NCBI GenBank assembly: GCA_051874735.1
Contig: JBJEGD010000006.1
Span: forward strand, 1-52,546
DNA: 52,546 bases
From: Candidatus Bruticola sp.
GTDB lineage: Bacteria > Vulcanimicrobiota > Xenobia > Xenobiales > Xenobiaceae
Direction of reading: 5' to 3'
This document shows positions 38,116-46,999 of this stretch, in pieces; the stretch's first letter is position 1; each line of letters opens with the position of its first letter. Under the pieces are notes generated by a model that saw only the letters and a list, made by a program, of their open reading frames with translations, had not been told where the DNA came from and made no database searches. Both the position numbers and the translations under genes were made by a program.

Positions 38116-38121
38116 AGAGAA

Positions 38122-38553
38122 TTACTCAAGCTCCAATAAACCATCAACTATTTTTTTTATAAAGCGATCCGCCATAGCCTTGCCAGAAAAGCTGTAATAA
38201 GCACCGGGACGCCAAGTGCGGATCCATTGAGCTTTAAAGCTGACTCCTTCAGCAGAATCGGCAGGATATATTTCAGCCGTGCCTTTACCGTAAAGAATAT
38301 TGCTAAAATTTACTTGTCTTTCTCCAGGCATAATATCACCGACTCCTCCGTTGCAGCCGCATATTTGCACTTTTCCTCCCATACCATTGGAATAAGTCAG
38401 CACATAAGAGGCCCCCAGAGGGGAAACATAATCGACGTCGACACTGGTGAGCTGTAAATCTTCATCCATGCCACAGTAATAAAAGACGGGGAAAGGCAAA
38501 GCTTTCAACTGCTCTATTTGCTGCTCATTCATTTTTTTAACCTTCCTAAGCAA
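38122..38553 (-). CDS. Hypothetical protein (paralogue B, no signal peptide)
   Basis: Homologous to 37502-38083; start probably at the internal MNEQ ATG preceded by GGAAGG. Confidence 0.75.
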   Translation of the reverse strand: MLRKVKKMNEQQIEQLKALPFPVFYYCGMDEDLQLTSVDVDYVSPLGASYVLTYSNGMGGKVQICGCNGGVGDIMPGERQVNFSNILYGKGTAEIYPADSAEGVSFKAQWIRTWRPGAYYSFSGKAMADRFIKKIVDGLLELE

Positions 38554-38669
38554 AAATATTCAACGGAGTTAGGTTCACTTTCTCGGAAAGAAAGTTTTTT
38601 TTCGTTTTATTACGAGCAAAAGCCTGCTGACCTGAGTCCAGCTTACCTCCTCCGGCTAAGCTTACTTAT

Positions 38670-40970
38670 TTATGAATGTCCCTGTTCGGCCAGCTCAACG
38701 CGCTCTACTTCACTGCAGAGGATAGAACGACATTGGCTGGGATCCTGAGCAAAACGAATCCACAATTTTCCGGCAGCAATAAAAGTTACATTACCCAAAC
38801 CGTATACTTTATGTCGGACAGTACATCCGGGAGGGAATTGCACAGCAATTGTACGTCGGCGGAAGGCTCTCTCTTTCGGAGGCAAAACGGTAATCTGCCG
38901 CTCGGAGACGGTACCTTCTTTACAGTACTTTTCTTTTAATTCATCATTAGGAGCCCGGAAAGGCTGGCCGGAAGTCAGTTTTTTCTCAATAGCTCTGGCT
39001 TTCCAACCGCTACTGCTCTTAACTTCAATCTGATTTAAGGGCATTTCATAGACAAAGCGAGATAATTCAACATCTTGATCGCCGCGCTGGCAGGCTGAGG
39101 TTAAATAAAGCATATCTTTAGCTCTAGTTAAACCAACATAACAGAGGCGGCGCTCTTCCTCAATTCCTTTATCTCCGTCGCTCAGCGAGCGGTGATGAGG
39201 CAAAGAACCATCTTCCATGCCAACTAAAAAGACCACTGGAAATTCCAAACCTTTGGAAGTGTGAATAGTCATCAGCACTAGACTATCTTTTTTATCTTCG
39301 CCGCTGTCGAATTCATCGCGTCCGGAAATTAAAGATATTTCGTTTAAAAAAGTGTGCAAAGCAGATTCTCCGTTGTAAGAGCTACTTTGCATATCTCTGG
39401 CAAAACGCTTGTCAAAGTCAGCCAACACTTCGAGCAGTTCCTTAATATTTTCACAGCGTTCTTGATCTTCTTCCAGTTCACTGGTCATCAATCTCTCTTG
39501 ATAGCCAGTCTCTTCCAAAATAAGACGCACTAAATTGATCAAGGAACAATCTGGAGCGGCAGCCAAACGGCTGAATTCTTGTAAACTGTCGTAAAGTTTG
39601 CGACAACGACCCGCATAAGCCGGAGGCACATCAGCCTGATCAGCCAAGCCTAGAACGTGCATAATAGGTATAGAGCGGCTGGCTGAATAAGCAACTATTT
39701 TGGCCAAAGTACTTTGACCTAAACCGCGGGTATTCTGAATAATACGTCCTAAAGCTACCGAATCGCTAGGATTACCCAACACATACAAATAAGCTAAAAT
39801 GTCGCGTATTTCTCGGCGATCGTAGAAGCGATGACCACCTACAATTTGATAGCTCATGCCCTCTTCTCTGAGCAGAATTTCTTCAAAAGCGCGACTTTGG
39901 AAATTAGAACGATACAAAATAGCTATATCAGAATAATTATAGCCGCACTGCTGCACCAGCAATTTACAAGCTTGAATTACGAAAAGGGCTTCGCTGCGAG
40001 AATCGTCAGTAATATATATGTAAGGCAAAGCTCCATCAGTGCGGCTGCTCCACAAATTTTTAGATTTGCGATCAGAATTGTGACTGACAACAGCGTTAGC
40101 TACATTTAGTATCTGCTGAGTTGATCGGTAATTTTGTTCCAACTTAATTACTTTAGCATCGTGAAAATCTTTTTCAAAACGCAAGATAATGGAAATATCT
40201 GCTCCTCGGAAGCCGTAAATACTTTGGTCGTCGTCACCAACTGCGCAAAAATTGCGGTCTTCGCCCAAAAGCAGGCGCAACAGCTCGTATTGCAGTGGAT
40301 TTACATCTTGAAATTCATCAACCATAATGTAGCGCAGATGGCGTTGATATTTTTCGCGCACTTCGGGATGATTAATAAACAACTCAGTGGCATAAACCAA
40401 AATATCGTCAAAATCGAGGGAATCATTTTCACGCAGACGCTGATTATACGCTTTATAGACAGGAATAAGAGTGCGCTCCTGAAGCAAAAGAGGACTAAGA
40501 TCTTCAGGCTTGCGCCGGGCATTTTTACAACGGCTGATGGAGGTCAGAAAATCGACAGGCGTATGTTTTTGTCCGTCAATATTCAGATCTTTAAGTATAG
40601 AACGCATTAAAACTATCTGCGACTCAGTATCGTAAATAGAAAAACTGGAACTGACGTCTAAATATTTAGCTTCGCGACGCAGCCAACGGGCACAGACCGA
40701 GTGAAAAGTACCAGTATTAGGAAAGAACCCACTGCCACATAGACCTTCTATACGCTCTACCATTTCACGAGCAGCCTTATTAGTAAAAGTAACTGCTAAA
40801 ATTTGTGACCGCTGCGCTAAACCCGATTGTAAAATCCAGGCAATACGTTTAGTTAAAACTGTAGTTTTACCACTGCCAGCTCCAGCTAAAATCAGCAAAG
40901 GCCCTTCAGTAGTCGTTACAGCCTCTGACTGCTGCGGATTTAACCCTTCTAAAATAGAATCATTAAACAT
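38670..40970 (-). CDS. pcrA: ATP-dependent DNA helicase PcrA/UvrD
   Basis: LN.QQ, AGAGSGKT, TFTNKAA.EM, VDEFQD, GDDDQSIYGFRGA, LEQNYRS, TIH.SKGLEF, EERRLCYVG.TRA; C-terminal Tudor-like VRH..YG.G. Confidence 0.96.
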   Translation of the reverse strand: MFNDSILEGLNPQQSEAVTTTEGPLLILAGAGSGKTTVLTKRIAWILQSGLAQRSQILAVTFTNKAAREMVERIEGLCGSGFFPNTGTFHSVCARWLRREAKYLDVSSSFSIYDTESQIVLMRSILKDLNIDGQKHTPVDFLTSISRCKNARRKPEDLSPLLLQERTLIPVYKAYNQRLRENDSLDFDDILVYATELFINHPEVREKYQRHLRYIMVDEFQDVNPLQYELLRLLLGEDRNFCAVGDDDQSIYGFRGADISIILRFEKDFHDAKVIKLEQNYRSTQQILNVANAVVSHNSDRKSKNLWSSRTDGALPYIYITDDSRSEALFVIQACKLLVQQCGYNYSDIAILYRSNFQSRAFEEILLREEGMSYQIVGGHRFYDRREIRDILAYLYVLGNPSDSVALGRIIQNTRGLGQSTLAKIVAYSASRSIPIMHVLGLADQADVPPAYAGRCRKLYDSLQEFSRLAAAPDCSLINLVRLILEETGYQERLMTSELEEDQERCENIKELLEVLADFDKRFARDMQSSSYNGESALHTFLNEISLISGRDEFDSGEDKKDSLVLMTIHTSKGLEFPVVFLVGMEDGSLPHHRSLSDGDKGIEEERRLCYVGLTRAKDMLYLTSACQRGDQDVELSRFVYEMPLNQIEVKSSSGWKARAIEKKLTSGQPFRAPNDELKEKYCKEGTVSERQITVLPPKERAFRRRTIAVQFPPGCTVRHKVYGLGNVTFIAAGKLWIRFAQDPSQCRSILCSEVERVELAEQGHS

Positions 40971-41049
40971 ATATATTAGCTACATCTTCCAAGTTGATAC
41001 AAAAAAAGCCCACTAAAACGCCTTATTTTTCAGCAGATAAGATTTTTTA

Positions 41050-43914
41050 TCAATTATGCAGTTTTATTTTATATCCGAAGCGTCTGTTCAGAAAAGTAAG
41101 CAGAGCCGGCATAAACACAGCAGAACTAACTAAATTAGCTCCCATTCCCAAAGTCATAACCAACCCCAAAGTCGCTACTCCTTGATGATTGGCGGAAATC
41201 ATGGTGGCAAAACCGATCATAGTAGTTAAGGCTGAAAGTGTAATAGATGGGCCAGTAGAATGACTAAATATTTCATTACTTCCTTCTTCAGAAACTCGGT
41301 GAATAATATGTATGCCAAAAACTAAACCTATGCCCAGAATAAGCGGAAGGGCTAAAAAATTAGCGCTGTTAAAATCGCAGCCTAACAATCCCATCAGCCC
41401 TACCATCCAAACAATACCCAAAACCTTAGGCAGCAGCGAAAGCAAAGCGGCTCCAATTTTTCTAAAATGGATAAATAGCAGCGCCCAAATAGCGCACAGA
41501 GCCCAAGTTCCGGCCTTTTCATTCGATTCCCGCAATTCCTGACAATCGTAATAAGACATAACCGGCATGCCGACAACTTTAGGATCGACACTCTGTATAT
41601 CATGCACAAAACGCTCTTGGGCAGGACGTTCCCAAATATTTCCTTTAGGGAAAATACGGACTTGAATTAAACCGGTTCGACCTACTTCCCTACGGCGCAA
41701 GTCGTCAGGGATATCATCAACACTAAGCGGCGGAACGTCTTTCTGCGCGTGCATAAACTCTATAATTTGCGTCAAACTGCGATAAAAATTATCCTCAAAA
41801 GCATTTAGTCCGTCTTCAATGGGTCCCGGTCCCATAGATGACATAATACTGAATAATTTATTAATTTTATTCTCCAAACGAACAGCAGCAGCTCTGACTT
41901 CAGAAGCAGGATTTGTCTTCATTTTATGCAGATAGGCTCGCAGCTGCTGATCGTGTTTTTCCGCCGTCTCTCCTAACGCTCGAAAATCAGCTATCCGGCT
42001 AACCTCAGCATCACGCACTATAGGCTCAGGTAAAGGAATAGCAGAGGCAGTGCTAACTATACGACGCAAATAAGGAAACTTTTTATCGTAATCGCTGGGC
42101 ACTAACATAGCCACAGTCTCCACACTAGAAACACTGGGCAATTGGGAAAATTTTTCAGCTAAACTGCAAGCTTCCGCCACATTTTCAGCCAGAGATATAC
42201 CGCAAAGAAGAGAGTGCTCACTGGAATTAATTAAATGCATTTCAGTACGCACCGACTGTAGCCCCTTAGCCTGCAAATTTAGTAAATTATAATCGTACTC
42301 TACGTTGCGCCCAAACCAAAGAGCTGCCGCAGTAGCTAGAAAACTAATCGCTACTACCCAAGAGGCCCGCTCCATCAAATATTTTTCCAAATTAGCCAAA
42401 AAAGCGAATCCAGAGATACCTTTGGCTTCATAAATATTATTTTTATGTTCAGTAATAAAAATAAGCGAGGGCAAAACTAACATCATGGCCGTATAGCATA
42501 ACAATATGCCGCTTCCAGCAATGATGCCTAATTCTGCGATCCCTGTAAAGTCAGTAAAAGCCAACACATAAAAAGCTAAGGCTGTGCTAACGGCGCCAGT
42601 AAAATTTTCGTAGCCAGCCCCCAGCATAGTAGCCTGCATAGCAGCCAAAATATCGCCACTTTGCATACACTCTTCTTCGTATCGGTACAGGAAATGAATA
42701 CCGAAATCGATACCCAATCCCATAAGTATGGTGGCAAAAGTTACAGTCAGCAAGTTAAGATGGCCTATAGCGGCGGTCGTAAACCCCATAGTCCATCCGA
42801 TGCCTATTATAAGCCCAAAAACAGCCATCAGAGGCTTATAAATTTCGCGGAAAGCCCAAACAAAAATTAGAGCGATTAGCACTAAAGAAGTTAGAGCCGA
42901 ATTCATAGAATCTTCAGTTGAAGACTGAGCTTCATCAACATTCAGTACCAATTCTCCAGTTAGTCCTACCAGAACTCTCGTATGGCGCCGCTCTAAACTT
43001 TCTAAAATTTCTCTAATGCGCCCTACCGCTCTAGATACAGACTCATCAGCACTTTCTCCCTCGCGGTAGACAGGACGACACAGCAGTGTATAAATTTTGC
43101 CGTCAGAGATGGTGTTATACTGAACAATTTCCCCCTTATTAAACATACTCTCGATAGCCTCTCGGCTGTCTGTATCCTGAGAATCTATTTTCTGGGAGAT
43201 TATATCCAACCAGGGAGAACGAAAATGGCATCGCCCTCTAGTTTCCATGCTCTCAATCAAACTGTCGGCAAAACGTTCCACAAAAGGCATTAACTCCTTA
43301 AGCTTCTGCGGATCATTAAGCTCTGCAGAATTACCTACAGCTGACCAATCTGGAGCTTGCTGCACTAGTTTTATTAAACTTCCGGCTTTAGCTAAGGCGG
43401 TTAAACTATGACTGTAACTTTGAAGATTATCGGCAATACTGCGCAGCTGCTCAACATCTAAATAGTGAAAAGCGTAACTGCGCAAAAAAGTTACATCTAC
43501 TTTTTCAAAAACATCTTTGAAAATTTCCGGCTCATCGCGGAGACGATTAGCTAAATCGTCAATAAAAGCCCGGCGTTCCTGAGCAGTGCCATCTTCAACA
43601 ATGACGACAATATCTTCAGAACGTGGAAAATCGTGAGTATACCGATCTTGATCCCGCTGCAGACCGTCTGAACGCTTAATTAAATTGGCCTGATCGGCAT
43701 CAAAGGTCAGGAACTTGGCAGTATAACCCATGCAAAGCAAGCAAGTTATCAGGCTAAAAACGATAATCAGACGCGGAAAACGAAAAGAAAGGGCGGTCAA
43801 CCGCTTTAAGCCTCGGTAAACCAAACCATTTTGTTTTAAATTTGCTGATTCCGAAGCTGTACTCTTTTTTTCCTGTTGGGCAACATCTGCCGACTCAGAG
43901 CTCTTTGCACACAT
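41050..43914 (-). CDS. MMPL/RND family lipid exporter, HpnN-like
   Basis: Two TM1-plus-large-loop-plus-TM repeats; GHLNLLTV.F..IL.GLGIDFGIH, LAELG.IAG.G, N.LNLQ....SV, N.AN..ALPLILGIG, SALTT..GF. Confidence 0.85.
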   Translation of the reverse strand: MCAKSSESADVAQQEKKSTASESANLKQNGLVYRGLKRLTALSFRFPRLIIVFSLITCLLCMGYTAKFLTFDADQANLIKRSDGLQRDQDRYTHDFPRSEDIVVIVEDGTAQERRAFIDDLANRLRDEPEIFKDVFEKVDVTFLRSYAFHYLDVEQLRSIADNLQSYSHSLTALAKAGSLIKLVQQAPDWSAVGNSAELNDPQKLKELMPFVERFADSLIESMETRGRCHFRSPWLDIISQKIDSQDTDSREAIESMFNKGEIVQYNTISDGKIYTLLCRPVYREGESADESVSRAVGRIREILESLERRHTRVLVGLTGELVLNVDEAQSSTEDSMNSALTSLVLIALIFVWAFREIYKPLMAVFGLIIGIGWTMGFTTAAIGHLNLLTVTFATILMGLGIDFGIHFLYRYEEECMQSGDILAAMQATMLGAGYENFTGAVSTALAFYVLAFTDFTGIAELGIIAGSGILLCYTAMMLVLPSLIFITEHKNNIYEAKGISGFAFLANLEKYLMERASWVVAISFLATAAALWFGRNVEYDYNLLNLQAKGLQSVRTEMHLINSSEHSLLCGISLAENVAEACSLAEKFSQLPSVSSVETVAMLVPSDYDKKFPYLRRIVSTASAIPLPEPIVRDAEVSRIADFRALGETAEKHDQQLRAYLHKMKTNPASEVRAAAVRLENKINKLFSIMSSMGPGPIEDGLNAFEDNFYRSLTQIIEFMHAQKDVPPLSVDDIPDDLRRREVGRTGLIQVRIFPKGNIWERPAQERFVHDIQSVDPKVVGMPVMSYYDCQELRESNEKAGTWALCAIWALLFIHFRKIGAALLSLLPKVLGIVWMVGLMGLLGCDFNSANFLALPLILGIGLVFGIHIIHRVSEEGSNEIFSHSTGPSITLSALTTMIGFATMISANHQGVATLGLVMTLGMGANLVSSAVFMPALLTFLNRRFGYKIKLHN

Positions 43915-43917
43915 AAC

Positions 43918-45003
43918 TTAAAGATTATTCAACCAATGGGAATTTTCTAAAACGGCCCCTAAGGAACGTAAATTATTCATATTAAATATATGCCTGAAGC
44001 TCAAATCCCAGCGTCCACAACAAGCGGCATGGACAGCATCGGCTACTGAAACAGCACAGTGCTGCATAACACTGGCGTCGCGGTAACAATCGATCATACA
44101 CTCAGTGCAACCATCGCGAATCATTTGGCTGCCGTTAAATTCGCAGACATGGCACATAGGACGTCGCCAGTTGCAGCAGCGCCACAACTGTAAATCCCAA
44201 TCTAAATAGAACTGCTTAAAACCTCCTAGACAAACGAAATTCTGGGGTTCTTTATTCAAATACCTATGCATATCCATCATAGAAGCGGTAGGATTAAGCA
44301 CGCGGTATGATTTTTTTAGATCGATAACTTCATCTATCAGCTTATGCATTTCCTCAGGAGTATAATTAACTAATTCAGAATCTTTGCAACCTAGATAGTT
44401 GGAATCCAAGTTAATCAAAGGGAAAGAGAAAGTCACCGCTTCGAAGCCCATGCGCTCAAGTGTGCGCGGAAGTTCAGATAGAGGGCCCAGAATTTTACTC
44501 AGAGTTACAGAGGCCACCCGCCCGACTTTATGCTGCTTAAAAATATCATTAGCGGCAGTGATGCGCTCTGTAACTCCAGGCAAACCGCGATTTTTCTCAC
44601 TGACAGACGTATCGGCAGAATCAACAGAAATAATAACTTCGTGCAGCCCATTTTCAATCAGACTGTGAACTTTATCCGGCGAAAGAGTTGATCCGTTAGT
44701 AACAATCAGACAATCCATACCTAAATCGCGGCTATGGGCCATAAACTGTTCTAAGTGAGGATTAAGCGTAGGTTCGCCTCCGGTGAAAATAAGGAAACGT
44801 ACGCCATTTCTGTACAAACAATCTATAGCATTCAAACCGGCCGACAGCTTGACAATCGTTTTAGTCTGTCCCTGTTTTAGAGCGTTTTCGCGAGAGAAAT
44901 TACAAAATTCGCACTTAGCGTTGCAAGCGTTAGTAATGGCAAACTGACAAGTAGAAGGACCGCCGTCTAAAAATACCTGTTTGACAATTTCTTTCCAATT
45001 CAC
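43918..45003 (-). CDS. Radical SAM enzyme with C-terminal SPASM/twitch-like Cys-rich domain
   Basis: CNAKCEFC, TGGEP, TNG, ISVD; C-terminal CLGG...RC...CTECMIDC; GGAGG SD before GTG 45003. Confidence 0.92.
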   Translation of the reverse strand: MNWKEIVKQVFLDGGPSTCQFAITNACNAKCEFCNFSRENALKQGQTKTIVKLSAGLNAIDCLYRNGVRFLIFTGGEPTLNPHLEQFMAHSRDLGMDCLIVTNGSTLSPDKVHSLIENGLHEVIISVDSADTSVSEKNRGLPGVTERITAANDIFKQHKVGRVASVTLSKILGPLSELPRTLERMGFEAVTFSFPLINLDSNYLGCKDSELVNYTPEEMHKLIDEVIDLKKSYRVLNPTASMMDMHRYLNKEPQNFVCLGGFKQFYLDWDLQLWRCCNWRRPMCHVCEFNGSQMIRDGCTECMIDCYRDASVMQHCAVSVADAVHAACCGRWDLSFRHIFNMNNLRSLGAVLENSHWLNNL

Positions 45004-45078
45004 TTTTCTATCCTCCGCTGCCTTTAAGCAGCTGAAATTCAACAGCAGATCAAACGGCTTGCTGCAGAAATAAAATAC

Positions 45079-45462
45079 TTAAGAGAGCACGACCACCACT
45101 ATTCCACAGAAGATAATCAAAGTTCCAGCCCAGCGCAGCGGCGATACATGTTCATGAAGATAAATTTTAGCCAAAAAGGCGTTAATTATGTAATTTAATG
45201 CAGTCAGAGGCAGAAGCAGGGAGAGATCGGCCATAGACAGCATAACCAGCCAAAGTACAAACGACAAAGTCAACAAACCTGCTCCGGCCAACACATAAAC
45301 ATTGGTCAAAACCGAACGCACTATACGCCAAATGTCACGCAGACTGCGGACAGAGGAATCGATAGAACGCATCCCCTTAGAAACAAAAATATCCGCTACA
45401 GCTGTAACACTGACTCCAGTAAGAATTAAACCTAAAACTTTAATCATAGGAATATACCCCAT
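45079..45462 (-). CDS. Small 4-TM DMT protein (EamA half / ArnE-ArnF-like)
   Basis: LS.ADLS...PL.AL.Y and L.EHVS..RWAG..II..G; start may be ATG 45447. Confidence 0.85.
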   Translation of the reverse strand: MGYIPMIKVLGLILTGVSVTAVADIFVSKGMRSIDSSVRSLRDIWRIVRSVLTNVYVLAGAGLLTLSFVLWLVMLSMADLSLLLPLTALNYIINAFLAKIYLHEHVSPLRWAGTLIIFCGIVVVVLS

Positions 45463-45651
45463 TCGATTTGCGATCTTGGTCTGCCTGTTTCAAAATTGTA
45501 AAGAGCCGGGCCGACTTCTGCACAGTCACTCAACAGCCTTTTTAACTCGCCAACATTTTTTTTCCAGTCTATGGCTAAAACAGGTATTTAAGCAGCTTTT
45601 AAAGAAATCAGTTCTGGAAAAAACAAGTTTTACGAACGACGAAAGGGAAAA

Positions 45652-46893
45652 GTGTTAGCTTTGCGCAGGCTTTTATTGTTACTTTCTGCCGTAATTGTAG
45701 CTGCAGGACTGACGATTGTCGGCCCCAGCCAAAAAGCTTCGGCTCAAGAATCTTCAAATAATTCACTCATATTAATCCAATCTGAAATTGCTGGTACCCA
45801 GGTTTTCGGCAGCGGTGTTATAGTATTGACTGGCCGTGATGCCTGCCAAGCTGTAACTAGCTACGAAGCTATAAAGGGAGCAGCTAGAATTACCGCCTTA
45901 GCTGCTGGCTATTCTCCAGTTCCTGCTAAATTGCTCCGTTTTGCCCCTGAAGCCAACATAGCCTTATTGGAAATTCCTATTCCCAATCTGCCGGCCGCCA
46001 AGATCGGGGACAGTGACGTTGTTAAAGGTGATACGCCTATTGCCATTAACTACACTTCTCCCATCGTAAACAGCGATATGGCATCTTCTTTTGAAATAGG
46101 CAAAATCGGCGGCAACGTTATAGACACCATCAGCCGTCCCGGCGGTACGGTTATGCGTCTGCAGTTAGCTACGGTACTGCACGACGACACTAGCGGAGCT
46201 CCAGTTTATCTGCCCAACACCAACGAGCTGGTTGCCATAGCTCTATCTTTAGAAGCTTCTTCTGGGCGTAATGATATGCGCTTTGCCATTCCTATTTCTA
46301 TGGCTGGGGCTTTGTCTCCTAATATCAAAAGTTCTCCCGATTCCACAGCTAATATCAGAGTACTTAACGGTGAAGAAGCTCCAGTTTTGGAAGGTAGCCC
46401 TGGAACTGAGCAACAGGAAGAGGGCAGCATGGCTGTGCCTATTATGGTAGGTGCAGCGGTAGTCATTATACTTGGCGGCGCAGCTTACTTTATTTTAGGA
46501 GGCAAGAAGAGTAAGGCTTCTGAGCCTTTTTCCGTACTGCCTATTCTGCCCGATGATGTGGCTATGGCCTTCGTGACTGCTGACGGCAAACTGCTGGACT
46601 TCCCTAAAGACACTGTTACCATTGGACGCGCTCAAAATAACGACTGGTGCTTCTCTGAATCTAGCGTTTCCGGACGCCACGCCCGCATCCGCAAAAGCCG
46701 CGACGGCTCCAGCTACGAACTGGAAGATCTTGGCAGCAGTTACGGTACTTTTATACGCGGACGGCGAGTAGGACGAAGCGACGTCATCCATCCAGGAGAT
46801 ATTATCCGCTTCGGCGATGTTACTCAAATAAAGTTGCTCACCCGCGCTGAATCACAAGCCAAAAATGCCGCCAAATCTACGCAGGGTGAATGA
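45652..46893 (+). CDS. Trypsin-like (inactive) extracytoplasmic domain, TM and cytoplasmic FHA domain
   Basis: Signal peptide ending ASA; GSGVIV, VTSYEA, NIALL, IGDSD, TSGAPV; TM MAVPIMVGAAVVIILGGAAYFI; FHA IGR...VSGRHA...DLGSSYGT. Confidence 0.85.
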   Translation: MLALRRLLLLLSAVIVAAGLTIVGPSQKASAQESSNNSLILIQSEIAGTQVFGSGVIVLTGRDACQAVTSYEAIKGAARITALAAGYSPVPAKLLRFAPEANIALLEIPIPNLPAAKIGDSDVVKGDTPIAINYTSPIVNSDMASSFEIGKIGGNVIDTISRPGGTVMRLQLATVLHDDTSGAPVYLPNTNELVAIALSLEASSGRNDMRFAIPISMAGALSPNIKSSPDSTANIRVLNGEEAPVLEGSPGTEQQEEGSMAVPIMVGAAVVIILGGAAYFILGGKKSKASEPFSVLPILPDDVAMAFVTADGKLLDFPKDTVTIGRAQNNDWCFSESSVSGRHARIRKSRDGSSYELEDLGSSYGTFIRGRRVGRSDVIHPGDIIRFGDVTQIKLLTRAESQAKNAAKSTQGE

Positions 46894-46943
46894 AACTTGA
46901 ATAAGAAGTAAGTAGCTCCCCTTTGTGGAAGCTTGCAATCTAA

Positions 46944-46982
46944 AGCCTCAACGGGGATATCCCTTTGAGGCTAAATTTTTTT
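46944..46982 (+). terminator. Terminator-like hairpin between the FHA receptor gene and the Fic gene
   Basis: AGCCTCAA.GGG...CCC.TTGAGGCT stem followed by a T-run that abuts the AGGAGG SD. Confidence 0.6.
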
Positions 46983-46999
46983 AGGAGGAATTCGTCAAT

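Noticed and set aside
39831-40610. Antisense ORFs within pcrA, and similar ones within mfd, hemL, prfC, the MMPL gene, glnA and the flavodoxin gene
   Set aside because: Shadow frames of well-supported genes
45302-45658. 118-aa + strand ORF upstream of the FHA receptor gene
   Set aside because: Half overlaps the DMT gene antisense and spans the divergent promoter region
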